DNA of 64,000 nt from an uncultured bacterium (lineage in GTDB: Bacteria > Babelota > Babeliae > Babelales > RVW-14). Where the stretch lies: assembly GCA_963759805.1 (NCBI GenBank), contig CAVXAT010000001.1, forward strand, positions 192,001 to 256,000, read 5' to 3'. This document shows, piece after piece, positions 28,012 to 38,065 of the stretch. How positions within the stretch are numbered: the first letter of the stretch is position 1; every line of letters starts with the position of its first letter. Under the pieces are notes generated by a model. It had not been told where the DNA came from. It saw nothing but the letters and a program-made list of their open reading frames with translations, and did not search any database. The position numbers and the translations under genes were made by a program.

Positions 28012-28236
28012 ATGTCTATGGCTGTTAAACTATCTGATAGTATTGTCTCTGATGCGCAAGTAATATCAAAAGCGTTAAATAGGTCTGTTGCAGGGCAGAT
28101 AGAGTATTGGGCTAGAATTGGTAAAATTGCAGAGGAAAACCCAGACCTAACGTATGATTTCATAAGAAATATTCTTATTGCGCAACAGGAAGTCAAAGCG
28201 GGGAAACTCGAGTCATATAATTTTTCTAAGAAATAA
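28012..28236 (+). CDS. ParD-like antitoxin
   Basis: VKLSD...RSVAGQIEYWARIGKIAEENPDL; directly upstream of the toxin. Confidence 0.8.
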   Translation: MSMAVKLSDSIVSDAQVISKALNRSVAGQIEYWARIGKIAEENPDLTYDFIRNILIAQQEVKAGKLESYNFSKK

Positions 28237-28239
28237 TTT

Positions 28240-28512
28240 ATGAAGATTTTACAAACCCCAACATTTGGTAAGCAAATTAAAAAGCTACATAAAAATCAGA
28301 AAAAGGAGCTAGATGAGGCAGTGGGGTCTGTTTATAAAAAACCTCTGATTGGCGAGATGAAAAAAGGCGATTTAGATGGCGTTCGGGTTTACAAATTTAA
28401 AATGGTTAATCAATTAACTCTTTTAGCATACCAATTCGATGAGGATGAGTCACAACTAGTTTTACTTGCATTTGGGTCGCATGAAAATTTTTATCGTGAT
28501 TTAAAAAAATAA
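28240..28512 (+). CDS. RelE/ParE-family toxin
   Basis: TPTFGKQIKKL, KKGDLDGVRVYKF, GSHENFYRDLK. Confidence 0.85.
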   Translation: MKILQTPTFGKQIKKLHKNQKKELDEAVGSVYKKPLIGEMKKGDLDGVRVYKFKMVNQLTLLAYQFDEDESQLVLLAFGSHENFYRDLKK

Positions 28513-28538
28513 ACAATTAATTGTTAAGGATTTTAAAA

Positions 28539-30101
28539 ATGATATCCGTCCAACTTACGCAAAAAAAGTTTTGGGAAAATGACGTAGAATGCTACATTTT
28601 TTTGATGACTGAAAATTTAGAATCAGCATCAGATCTTGCAATGCTTGATAAAGTCGAGCACGATTTTTATCCTCATGTAAAAGAGATTTTAAAGAAACAC
28701 AAATTCAGCGGCAAGCATGGACAGAATTTTGTTTTGACTGCCATGCGTGATTCGAGCGAAGGCTCTAAAAAACTTGTTCAGTTTATGTTTGTTGGTCTTG
28801 GAAAGTTGAACAACTCTTGGCAGCGTGAACTGGAGTTGCTACGCAGGTCTTTTGCCGGTGCGGTTGAAAAAATGAAATGCTTGGCCATACGCAATGCAGT
28901 TGTGGCACTACCAGATCTAAAGCCGTTTAATGTGAAATCAGCAGAACTTGTAAAACAACTGACAATCATTGCATTTATGACTGATTATGAATTTATAAAA
29001 TTTAAATCAGACAAAAAAGACAAAGAATGGTCAGGAACACTTTTAATAGAAACAGATCCAAGTATGCATTCTTTACTTAACACTGCTTTGAGCCACGGCA
29101 CTACCATTGGTCAAGCTATTAATCAGGCAAGACACTGGGCGGATCTTCCCGGCAATATTTTGACGCCATCTGAGCTTGCAAAAGAGGCTAAAAAGGTTGC
29201 CGATGAGTCCGGTTTGAAATGCACGGTCTTTGGAGAAGAGAAAGCAAGAGAACTTGGCATGGGCGGATTTCTTTGTGTTAATGCCGGATCAGATCAACCG
29301 GGCAAATTTGTTGTTCTTGAGTACAAGCCTAATTCCCAAAATACTTCTTCAAAAAATATTCCAACCATTGCACTTGTCGGCAAAGGCGTCTGCTTTGATT
29401 CAGGTGGCATAAGTCTAAAACCCTCAGAGTCTATGCATGGCATGAAGTTTGACATGTCAGGTGCCGCTGCAGTTATTGCGACAATGGGAATTCTGGCTCA
29501 ACTCAAGCCGGACATTAATGTTGTTGGTGTGACACCGCTTGTTGAAAATATGCCAAGCGGTAAAGCTGCTCGTCAGGATGATATTATTACTTTTATGAAC
29601 GGTAAGACGGCGGAAATTAAAAGTACGGATGCTGAAGGCCGTTTGATTTTGGCTGACGCGTTACATTATGTAGAGAAAAATTATAACCCGGAGATTATTA
29701 TTGATATTGCAACTCTGACCGGTGCATGTGCCTACTCGCTTGGACATTTTTATTCGGCAATCATGACGCGAGATCAAGCTTTGTGTGATACTCTTGTCAC
29801 CGCCGGTAAGTTAACCGGTGACAAAATTTGGCAGCTTCCTCTTGAAGATGATTACAAAGATGCTATCAAATCTGATGTTGCAGATATCAGCAACACCGGC
29901 TCCAAAGCTTATCTTGCAGGGACAGTCACTGCTACCTGCTTTCTTGAAAATTTTGTTGAGAAAGCGCGCTGGGTGCATCTGGATATTGCCGGGACTGCAG
30001 ATTCTGTACCCGGAGTTAATTATATGGGTAAAGGAGCATCAGGTGTTGGCGTGAGACTTTTTGTTGAGTTTGTTATGAATTACAAGAGGTCTGGCAAATA
30101 G
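28539..30101 (+). CDS. pepA: M17 leucyl aminopeptidase
   Basis: LVGKGVCFDSGG, MKFDMSGAA, TDAEGRLILAD, DIATLTGA, HLDIAG. Confidence 0.95.
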   Translation: MISVQLTQKKFWENDVECYIFLMTENLESASDLAMLDKVEHDFYPHVKEILKKHKFSGKHGQNFVLTAMRDSSEGSKKLVQFMFVGLGKLNNSWQRELELLRRSFAGAVEKMKCLAIRNAVVALPDLKPFNVKSAELVKQLTIIAFMTDYEFIKFKSDKKDKEWSGTLLIETDPSMHSLLNTALSHGTTIGQAINQARHWADLPGNILTPSELAKEAKKVADESGLKCTVFGEEKARELGMGGFLCVNAGSDQPGKFVVLEYKPNSQNTSSKNIPTIALVGKGVCFDSGGISLKPSESMHGMKFDMSGAAAVIATMGILAQLKPDINVVGVTPLVENMPSGKAARQDDIITFMNGKTAEIKSTDAEGRLILADALHYVEKNYNPEIIIDIATLTGACAYSLGHFYSAIMTRDQALCDTLVTAGKLTGDKIWQLPLEDDYKDAIKSDVADISNTGSKAYLAGTVTATCFLENFVEKARWVHLDIAGTADSVPGVNYMGKGASGVGVRLFVEFVMNYKRSGK

Positions 30102-30138
30102 AACGCTGAGAAACAAAACATAGATGATAGGGGAATTT

Positions 30139-30441
30139 ATGTCGTTTGATGGACTTAATGAAGAATATAAACATAAAATTATTGGAATATTAAAAATTCT
30201 TTTTCCTACAGCAAAATTTTATTTATATGGATCAAGGGCAAGAGGTGATTTCAATGATCGTTCTGACATTGATCTTGCTGTTGATAATGGTGCAGGCAAG
30301 GAGCGTTTAAAACTCGGTGAGGCTAAGACTGTATTAGAGGGGCTGCACATTCCCTATAAAATTGATCTAGTCGATCTGAACCATCTTCAAGATTCAATGC
30401 GTCAAATAATATTAAAAGAAGGTGTCTTGTGGAACGATTAA
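30139..30441 (+). CDS. MNT nucleotidyltransferase antitoxin
   Basis: LYGSRARGD...SDIDLAV. Confidence 0.88.
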   Translation: MSFDGLNEEYKHKIIGILKILFPTAKFYLYGSRARGDFNDRSDIDLAVDNGAGKERLKLGEAKTVLEGLHIPYKIDLVDLNHLQDSMRQIILKEGVLWND

Positions 30442-30833
30442 ATGTTCGGTTGAATGTTCTATCTAAAGCCTTGAATCGCCTGCAAGAGGCTTTAGATTTG
30501 TTTAAGACAATAGATGAAAATGAAAAAATTTATTCACACATTCGTGATTCTGTTATTCAGCGTTTTGAATTTTCGGTGGATATTTTTTGGAAATGTCTGA
30601 AGGATTATCTTGGTATAAAGCATAAAATTAACATTGCAAGCCCTAGATCTGTTATGAAAGAGTGTTTTTCTCAAAGAATTATCGATGAAGAAGAATTAAG
30701 AATTTTTGAAGATATGATTGATGATCGAAATGATACTTCGCATGTATATAATGAAATCATGTCTCAGGATATAGCTGAAAATGCTTATGAGTATTACAGA
30801 CTTATGATTGTTGTAAAAATGCGATTGCAATAG
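30429..30833 (+). CDS. HEPN toxin (HI0074-like nucleotidyltransferase substrate-binding family)
   Basis: DSVIQRFEF, SPRSV, RNDTSHVY (Rx4H) motif. Confidence 0.88.
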   Translation: MERLNVRLNVLSKALNRLQEALDLFKTIDENEKIYSHIRDSVIQRFEFSVDIFWKCLKDYLGIKHKINIASPRSVMKECFSQRIIDEEELRIFEDMIDDRNDTSHVYNEIMSQDIAENAYEYYRLMIVVKMRLQ

Positions 30834-30941
30834 GGTGCATCGAAATTAAAATTTTATTTTTTGATCTTATGCGGTAAGTTATACTAAAGTAGTTTATAAA
30901 TATTTTTAGTTTTTTAACTTTTATATTTTTAAGGATGCTGT

Positions 30942-31700
30942 ATGGTACGAAATTTTATTAGACTGTTACTTCTACTCCCTATGATTGCCGTGATTTCCGG
31001 GTGCGTCCCTTATTACAAGCTTTCAAAACGCGAGTTTCCGCAGGGCATTGATTTGCCGATTCGCAATGAGATTTCAAGAGATTATGTAAAGGCCCAGACT
31101 GTCTATGACCAGTTTACAACACTTGCACACTTTGATGCGATGTGGCTCTCAGACCAAACAAGAATTGCATATGTTGATACGTACTGCCAAAAGCGCGGAA
31201 AGACCGGAGACGCCAAAGAAGCCTTTCTTAGACGCCAGCTTGAAGAGAATCGCCATTGGATTTCATTTTATGTTCTGGCGGATGTACGCGATGTTTTTAA
31301 TGGTACAATGAGCGACAAAACCCCTGTTTGGACCCCTTATCTTGAGATAGGTGAGATCAAAATTGAACCTGTTACTATTAAAGAGGTTGATCTTGAGCCT
31401 GAATACATCAGTTTATTCGGAAGTAAATTGAATTCATTTAAAACGGTTTATCTTGTAAGTTTTCCTGCGAATGATGCTACCGGTAAATTTTATCTTGATG
31501 GAAGTAAGAATTTAAAGCTTGTGTTTAGCTCAGTTGATAAGGCATGCAGCATGGAGTGGGATTTAGAACAGCTTAATAAACATCCAAACAGCCATGATAA
31601 CACTTCAGATGGTAATAAAGACAAACACGCACGCAAGCATAAAAAGTCTGATAAAAACAAAAACGTAGGGAAAGATATTGATTTTTATTGGGGGGCGTAA
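30942..31700 (+). CDS. hypothetical lipoprotein
   Basis: Signal peptide with lipobox-like ISGC. Confidence 0.7.
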   Translation: MVRNFIRLLLLLPMIAVISGCVPYYKLSKREFPQGIDLPIRNEISRDYVKAQTVYDQFTTLAHFDAMWLSDQTRIAYVDTYCQKRGKTGDAKEAFLRRQLEENRHWISFYVLADVRDVFNGTMSDKTPVWTPYLEIGEIKIEPVTIKEVDLEPEYISLFGSKLNSFKTVYLVSFPANDATGKFYLDGSKNLKLVFSSVDKACSMEWDLEQLNKHPNSHDNTSDGNKDKHARKHKKSDKNKNVGKDIDFYWGA

Positions 31701-31724
31701 TACCCATTCAAAGTAAATTTTATG

Positions 31725-31863
31725 CCCGCATGGTTCGAGCCGCCTTCGCTCAGATAGCTTCGGCGCCCAAGCACACCGGCCGCTCGTCCTGAGTGATTTG
31801 CGTAGCAGTTTACTGCATAGCAAATTGTATCGAAGGATCGGCCGGCACTCACCACGAGCGGGC
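31725..31863. repeat. composite nested palindromic repeat (intergenic)
   Basis: GCCCGC...GCGGGC ends; ATGGTTCGAGCCGCCTTCGC...GGCGCCCA shared with the alaS and ABC-F inserts; CTCACCACGAGCG shared with the ligD insert. Confidence 0.8.
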
Positions 31864-31906
31864 AAGTTTGGGGTTCCTGTAGGCCAAGAATAAGAAAGTG
31901 CAGAGT

Positions 31907-32335
31907 ATGAAAATTTCAATTGGCGCTGATCATCGAGGTTTTGCGCTCAAGACTTTTGTAATTAATTATTTTAAAGAGCATCAATGGATTGACGTTGGAA
32001 CAAATTCGGCAGAGCGGACGGATTATCCAATTTTTACTCAAAAAGTATGCCATGACGTTCTTGATGGACGTGCCTATTGCGGGATTGTAATTTGTGGCTC
32101 CGGAATTGGTGTGGCAATTGCAGCAAACAGATTCAAAAAAATCTATGCGGCATTGTGTTGGGATCCGGAGGTTGCCAAACATGCACGTGAGTATGATGGG
32201 GCAAATGTTTTGGCCATCCCCGCAAATTTTGTTACGCAGGCACTTGCAATTGATATTATTAATGCATGGACGGGCGCAGAGTTTAAAGGTGGCGTTTATC
32301 AAAAAAGGCTTGATATGATTGAGGAGATGAAATGA
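31907..32335 (+). CDS. rpiB: ribose-5-phosphate isomerase B
   Basis: IGADHRG, DYP, ICGSGIGVAIAANR, ANVLA. Confidence 0.93.
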   Translation: MKISIGADHRGFALKTFVINYFKEHQWIDVGTNSAERTDYPIFTQKVCHDVLDGRAYCGIVICGSGIGVAIAANRFKKIYAALCWDPEVAKHAREYDGANVLAIPANFVTQALAIDIINAWTGAEFKGGVYQKRLDMIEEMK

Positions 32336-32337
32336 AA

Positions 32338-35115
32338 TCACCCACGCTCTTCGACTTTAACAACAGATCCATTTGCAGTTTTTTCAATAATAAAATGAAC
32401 AGGAAAGTTGTCCTTAAATTCGTGTAAGTGTGACACGATGATGATTTTTAAAAAATCTTCCTGAATTGTGTGAATTGCGTTCATAACCCGCATGAGTCCC
32501 TCTTCATCCTGTGAACCAAATCCCTCATCTATCACAAGAGTTTGCAGCGCGGTGCCCGCCCTGCGAGCCAAAAGTTTGGAAATCGCAATTCGTAGCGCAA
32601 AATCGAAGCGAAAAGCCTCACCGCCCGAGTACATCTCATATGGTCTGATGCCTGCGGCGTCCGAAATTTGAATATCCATGGTTTCCTTGACGCCGCCCTG
32701 TTTTAAGTCGCGTAACGATTCGATAAAAATTTGCGCCTGATTATCTGTTAATCTTGATAAAATTCTGTTAGCTTCGGACTCAATTTCCGGAATGGCCTGT
32801 TCAATCAGTAGCGCCTGAATTCCGTTTTTTCCAAAGGTGGTTGCAAGAATCTGATAATCGTCGATCTCTTGTTCAATGTTTTTGATCTGTTCGGTTCTAA
32901 TTTTAGTATCGTTTTTTAGCTTTTCGATTCGTAGTAAGTCGCTTTCAAGCTTGCCAATTTGCTGCATCAAAGCCTCTTTTTGTTTGAGCTGCTCTGTTAA
33001 TTGATTTTTAAGCTCAGAAAGTAAAATTTCAATTTTCTGTTCGGTCTGTGCATCAACTTTAAGTTGTTCAAGTCTTGTTTGAGTGCTTACAATTTGTGAG
33101 CGTAAATCTTTTAAGTTATTTTTTGTAATATTTAAAAGCATGAGCCGTTGAGGTTGTATTTTGATCTCTTCCTGAACTGTTTTTAGAATTGATTCTAAAT
33201 CTTTGAGTTGTGTTTCAACTGTTTTTATCTGTTCCTGGATCTGCTTGTAATCATCAAGTTTAGATTTTAGATTTTTGATTTTACCGTCTGCATCCGTTAT
33301 TTGAGCTGCAATTTTTTCAAGCTCGGTATCTTTGGCAAAATGCGTTAGGCGTGTAGATTCTTGGACAAGCAGGGCGTCTTTTTCTTTTTCAAGTGCTTTG
33401 GAAGTTTCCAGCTCTTTTTTTTCAAGCTCAGTAATCTCTTTATTTAGATTCTCTAGCTCTTTGTTATATTCGTCTATTCTTTTGGTTAAATCATCCGCTT
33501 TGCTTGCCATCTGCTTGTGCAGGTCAGACTCTTTGCTTAGCCCTTCAATCTGTTTGTGTTGTTCAAGCAGAACTGTTTTAAGTTTTTTTAATAACATGTG
33601 AATTCTGTTTAAACGATGTTCGGCCTGAGCTTGAGATTTTACTATTTTTGTATTTAAAAACTGCTTGCGTTTTGCCGTTAAAATCTGCTCGCAAAAAGGG
33701 CACGACGGATTGTTTAAATCCTGTACGGCTGCTTTTTTATGTTCGAGTTCCCCGCGTTCTTCTTTTATTCTGTTTCCCTTTTCAACCAGTGTTTGGTAAA
33801 AAGCTTTACGTTTTTCAAACTGTGTCGTGAGTCGGGTGAAGATAGCGTCGAAATTCTCTTTGCCCTTTAAATTTTTATTAATTAAAACGAGCTCTTTGCT
33901 AAACCCATCATGCTTGGCTTGAAGATCTTTGGCCTGATGCTTTTTCTGTTTTAAAATCTGCTGCGTTTGAGTAAGTGTAAATTGACTTCGTTCAACTGCC
34001 AGTTTTAACTCATTGAGTTTTTTCTCAAACTCACTTTCAAGCAAAGCCATGCGCTTTTGATAAAGATCTTTTTTTTGTAAAATCAGCTCCTGATACTTTA
34101 ACTCTTCACGTCTTAACTCAAATGACTCTTTCTCTTTTTCAAGTAACACTGCTCTCTGTTTATTTAGAGTTCCTGTGTCGGGGAGTTGCAGGGATCTTGT
34201 GTGTGTCTGTTTCCATTGCACAGCAATATTTTTAAATTCCAGTAACTTTTCCTGTTCTTTGTTTTTAATTTTAATTGACTCATCGAGTAGGGTAGTGTAA
34301 ATATTCTTTTGCTCGGTTATTTTGCTCTTTTGCTCTTGGGTCAGCTGAAGCTGCGAGTTCAGTGCATCTATTTTTTTGCTAGTTTCTAAACTATTTTTAG
34401 CTATGCTATCTAAATTGGCTTTAATTTCAGACTCTTTTGCAAGTTCCGCATCTGCCTGCTCCTGTCCCATGATTAAAAGCTTTTTGTCATCGTTGAATTT
34501 GCGTATCTTATCAAAAGCTATCTGCTGAAGTTTGTCATATTTTGAGAAGCCAAGGATGTTTGCAAGAATCTGTTTACGCTCTTTGGGCGTCTTTTTGGAG
34601 AACTCATTTGATTGGCCCTGACGCAAAAATGCAGAGTTGATAAATGTTTCATAATCAAGCCCAATAACATTCTCTATTTTTACCTGAGTCTGTTTGCCGG
34701 TTTTCTCTGTTAACGAAACGAATTTTTCAAGCTCTGTGTTATAAACTTCAAAATCTAATGCGAGAAATGATTTGCCATGAGATGTGTTGCCACTTGATGT
34801 GCTGCTCTGTGACTGTGTGCCATTGGTTTTGGCAAATTCCCTGCGTACTCGATAAATACTCTGGCCCATTTCAAATTCAAAACTTACTACCATCCGGCTC
34901 TGTCCCAGGCGAAGCAGGCCGTCGTCGGGTTTCATTGCGCCGGAAACCTTTCTGGCCTGTCCCCACAGTGCCCAGGTCATTGCATCGAGCATGGCAGATT
35001 TTCCATTGCCATTTTTCCCGGACAGACATATGAGAGAGTGTTTGGAAAAGTCGATGGTTTGTATTTCATCGCCGTAACTTAAAAAATTTTTCAGGTCAAT
35101 TTTTCTTGGAATCAT
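32338..35115 (-). CDS. sbcC: SbcC/Rad50-like SMC ATPase
   Basis: NFLSY, GKNGNGKS, Q-loop LRQGQ, coiled coil with CPFC zinc hook, YSGGE, IDEGFGSQD, IVSH. Confidence 0.88.
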   Translation of the reverse strand: MIPRKIDLKNFLSYGDEIQTIDFSKHSLICLSGKNGNGKSAMLDAMTWALWGQARKVSGAMKPDDGLLRLGQSRMVVSFEFEMGQSIYRVRREFAKTNGTQSQSSTSSGNTSHGKSFLALDFEVYNTELEKFVSLTEKTGKQTQVKIENVIGLDYETFINSAFLRQGQSNEFSKKTPKERKQILANILGFSKYDKLQQIAFDKIRKFNDDKKLLIMGQEQADAELAKESEIKANLDSIAKNSLETSKKIDALNSQLQLTQEQKSKITEQKNIYTTLLDESIKIKNKEQEKLLEFKNIAVQWKQTHTRSLQLPDTGTLNKQRAVLLEKEKESFELRREELKYQELILQKKDLYQKRMALLESEFEKKLNELKLAVERSQFTLTQTQQILKQKKHQAKDLQAKHDGFSKELVLINKNLKGKENFDAIFTRLTTQFEKRKAFYQTLVEKGNRIKEERGELEHKKAAVQDLNNPSCPFCEQILTAKRKQFLNTKIVKSQAQAEHRLNRIHMLLKKLKTVLLEQHKQIEGLSKESDLHKQMASKADDLTKRIDEYNKELENLNKEITELEKKELETSKALEKEKDALLVQESTRLTHFAKDTELEKIAAQITDADGKIKNLKSKLDDYKQIQEQIKTVETQLKDLESILKTVQEEIKIQPQRLMLLNITKNNLKDLRSQIVSTQTRLEQLKVDAQTEQKIEILLSELKNQLTEQLKQKEALMQQIGKLESDLLRIEKLKNDTKIRTEQIKNIEQEIDDYQILATTFGKNGIQALLIEQAIPEIESEANRILSRLTDNQAQIFIESLRDLKQGGVKETMDIQISDAAGIRPYEMYSGGEAFRFDFALRIAISKLLARRAGTALQTLVIDEGFGSQDEEGLMRVMNAIHTIQEDFLKIIIVSHLHEFKDNFPVHFIIEKTANGSVVKVEERG

Positions 35116-35199
35116 AAAATTAAAGTTTTCAACATCCCAAAACCGTAGTACTATTGTCCTATCCGAGAGTTTAACCCAAAACCAGAAAGAACGCTATCA

Positions 35200-36315
35200 A
35201 TGTTGATGATAGACAGACGATACTTCCGTTATTTTGATTGGTTTAGTTTTTTTATAACGCTCCTACTGTTGGGGCTAGGGTTGCTGCTGGTTTTCAGTTC
35301 GACATACAGAGCCGAAAAACCCATTTCACTTTTTTTCAAAAAACAGGTTTTCGGTGCGCTGACCGGTTTTGTTATATACTTTTTTTTCTGTATTAAAGAT
35401 CTGCGCAAACTTGCGCGTTGGGGCTTTTGGATTTATATCTGTGTAATGGTTCTGCTGCTTTACACAATTGTTGGCGGATGGATTGGGATGGGCGCTAAGA
35501 GATGGATATCGCTTTATGTCATTCGCTTTCAGCCATCAGAACTTGCCAAGCTTTTTTTCCCATTTTTTATCGCACATTTTCTTGAGGATCTTGAGTTTTT
35601 AAATCCGGTAAAATCTCGATATTTGCCAACGGCCCAATTTTTTGTGCCGCTTGTGGTCCTTATGGTTAGCTTCTGTTTAATTGCAAAACAACCTGACCTT
35701 GGAACGGCTCTTTTGATTCTGTTTTCAGGATTAATTACTTTTTGGTTTATTGGAATTAATCGCGAATTTTTCTTGACCATTGCTCTGATAGGAATGTTAG
35801 GGGCTCCATTTTTTTGGACTATTTTAAAACCGTATCAACAACAGAGAATTTTGGTTTTGTTTGGATATGGTGATGCGCGTAAAGAGAGATATCAGGTGGA
35901 GCAGTCCAAAATTGCAATCGGATCAGGTGGAGTAATTGGAAAGGGGTTACTGCAGGGAACCCAGAATAAGCTTGATTTTTTACCGGAGGATCACACGGAT
36001 TTTATTTTTTCAGTTGTCTGTGAAGAGTTTGGATTTCTCGGTGCAATGTTAATTTTACTACTTTTCTTTTTGATGGTTGCTCGAATTATTTTTATTATTG
36101 CCCACATTCCGCCATTATTTGAGCAGATTATTGGGGTTGGTTTGCTTATTCATATACTACTTTCTGTATGCATAAATCTTGGAATGGTTACTGGTATTTT
36201 GCCTGCAGTTGGGATTCCGCTTCCACTCTTCAGTTCAGGTGTCTCCAATTTATGGATAACCTTGGCCAGTCTTGGGGGATTGAATAACATTGCAATAAGA
36301 CGCTTCTATTACTGA
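35200..36315 (+). CDS. rodA: SEDS peptidoglycan glycosyltransferase (RodA-like)
   Basis: GAKRW, FQPSELAK, QPDLGT, IAIGSGG, LPEDHTDFIF, GIPLP. Confidence 0.88.
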   Translation: MLMIDRRYFRYFDWFSFFITLLLLGLGLLLVFSSTYRAEKPISLFFKKQVFGALTGFVIYFFFCIKDLRKLARWGFWIYICVMVLLLYTIVGGWIGMGAKRWISLYVIRFQPSELAKLFFPFFIAHFLEDLEFLNPVKSRYLPTAQFFVPLVVLMVSFCLIAKQPDLGTALLILFSGLITFWFIGINREFFLTIALIGMLGAPFFWTILKPYQQQRILVLFGYGDARKERYQVEQSKIAIGSGGVIGKGLLQGTQNKLDFLPEDHTDFIFSVVCEEFGFLGAMLILLLFFLMVARIIFIIAHIPPLFEQIIGVGLLIHILLSVCINLGMVTGILPAVGIPLPLFSSGVSNLWITLASLGGLNNIAIRRFYY

Positions 36316-36435
36316 TTTGTATACTGATTTGTAAAAAATCTTGCATAAAAAAAACTTACACGATATTTTTTCTATAAGTTGCTTCGAAGTAAATTTGTAA
36401 CTATTTAGGTACCCAAAAAATTTAAGTTAAAAGTT

Positions 36436-38040
36436 ATGAAAAAATTACCGATTGGGTTACAGTCATTTGAGAACATAATTACTCAGGATTTTGTTTTTAT
36501 TGATAAAACCGGGTTGCTGTATAATCTTATTACTCAAACTGCCGGAAGAATATTTTTTTCTCGTCCACGACGTTTTGGTAAGTCACTGACTTGTTCAATA
36601 TTAGAAGCAATCTTTCAGGGGCGCAAGAAATTGTTTGAGGGATTAAGTATCAGCAAACTCGATTATGACTGGAAGAAATACCCGATAATCAGAATTGATT
36701 TCAACGGGATGGATCACGAAACTCCAACCGAACTTCGTGTTGCAATTCTTGAATTAATAAATGAGATGGCAGAGCAAAATCAAATAATTATTAAAACCAA
36801 ACTTCTTAAATCTGCTTTTAGGCAATTGATAATTGAACTGGCAAACAAGTTTGGACCTGTTGTTGTTATAATCGATGAATACGACAAGCCAATTTTAGAT
36901 CACATTGATAATAGAGAGATGGCAATCAAAATGCGTGATTTGCTAAAAAGTTTTTATGGTGTGCTCAAAGATAAAGAGGTTGACGCAAATTTACGATTTC
37001 TTTTTATCACGGGTGTAAGCAAATTTTCCAAAGTTTCTATATTTTCTGAGCTCAACAATCTTGAAGATATTTCTATGAGCGAAAAATTTGCAACCTTGTG
37101 CGGCTGCACGCAGCATGAGCTTGAGACGGTGTTCGCTCAGCACATCAAAGCGTTGGCTAAAAAAGAGGGCACGAGCATTGCTGCTATGCTTGATAAGCTC
37201 AAGCTTTGGTACAACGGATTTCAATTTTCCAAGACAGGCCCCAAAATTTACAACCCCTTCTCTCTGCTTAATTGTTTTGCTAACCAAGATTTTTCGAACT
37301 ACTGGTTTACCAGCGGTACACCTTCGTTTTTGATACGACTCATCGAGAAAAAACCATCAATTGTTAACAAATTACCCGAGCTTGAAAGCAGTGAGATTTC
37401 AGTAACGACAATGGACAGATTTTCAGTCGAAACGTATGATGAGAACTTCTTAACCATGCTTGTTCAGTCCGGTTATTTGACGATCTCAAACTACGATGCA
37501 GATAGCAGGACATATAGCTTAAAGTACCCAAACTATGAGATTCGCCTTTCCATGACTGAGCAAATTTTTGAATATACTGCGCATCTGTCACTTGAAACAT
37601 TTGGTCCATTTGTTGGCAGGTTCCACAGAGCCTTGAATAACAATGGCATGGATGCCTTTTGCCAAGCAATGCAGGATCTTTTTATACTTTTGCCACATAA
37701 CGTTGTTATGAATAAAGAAAAATTTTATCATGGTATCTTTCATGCGATTACACGGCTTATTGGAGCGTGCATAGAATCAGAAACTCCGGTACACAGTGGT
37801 TTTGTGGACGCTGTTATCCAAACGGGTCAGCGAGTCTATGTTATTGAATTCAAGAAGGGTAAGACGCCGGATGCCGCGCTCAAACAGATTTGTGACAAAA
37901 AATACTTTATAAAATTTAAAATTGAGAGTGCGAATCCGATAACATTAGTTGGTATTTCGTTTAATAAAACAACCAAGGGGGTTGTTCTTAGATGGAAGAT
38001 TAAGGAGCTTGGACCGAGATGTAAGGGTTCGAGGGTGTGA
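36436..38040 (+). CDS. AAA-ATPase-like protein with C-terminal PD-(D/E)XK nuclease domain
   Basis: KKLPIGLQSF, SRPRRFGKS, IIDEYDKP, WYNGF, YNPFS, GFVD...VIEFK. Confidence 0.88.
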   Translation: MKKLPIGLQSFENIITQDFVFIDKTGLLYNLITQTAGRIFFSRPRRFGKSLTCSILEAIFQGRKKLFEGLSISKLDYDWKKYPIIRIDFNGMDHETPTELRVAILELINEMAEQNQIIIKTKLLKSAFRQLIIELANKFGPVVVIIDEYDKPILDHIDNREMAIKMRDLLKSFYGVLKDKEVDANLRFLFITGVSKFSKVSIFSELNNLEDISMSEKFATLCGCTQHELETVFAQHIKALAKKEGTSIAAMLDKLKLWYNGFQFSKTGPKIYNPFSLLNCFANQDFSNYWFTSGTPSFLIRLIEKKPSIVNKLPELESSEISVTTMDRFSVETYDENFLTMLVQSGYLTISNYDADSRTYSLKYPNYEIRLSMTEQIFEYTAHLSLETFGPFVGRFHRALNNNGMDAFCQAMQDLFILLPHNVVMNKEKFYHGIFHAITRLIGACIESETPVHSGFVDAVIQTGQRVYVIEFKKGKTPDAALKQICDKKYFIKFKIESANPITLVGISFNKTTKGVVLRWKIKELGPRCKGSRV

Positions 38041-38065
38041 ATAAGATAAAAAAAAGAGAGAAGAG

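Noticed and set aside
25483..30833. Integron cassette array
   Set aside because: No integron integrase or attC-like sites recognised; housekeeping genes are interspersed
31605..31919. ORFs spanning repeat elements (also 63548-63829 and 63663-63893)
   Set aside because: Open frames arise from GC-rich palindromes and overlap real genes on the other strand
32338..35115. SbcC-like ATPase as part of a Wadjet or Lamassu defence system
   Set aside because: No partner genes adjacent; zinc hook and motifs fit an ordinary SbcC/Rad50
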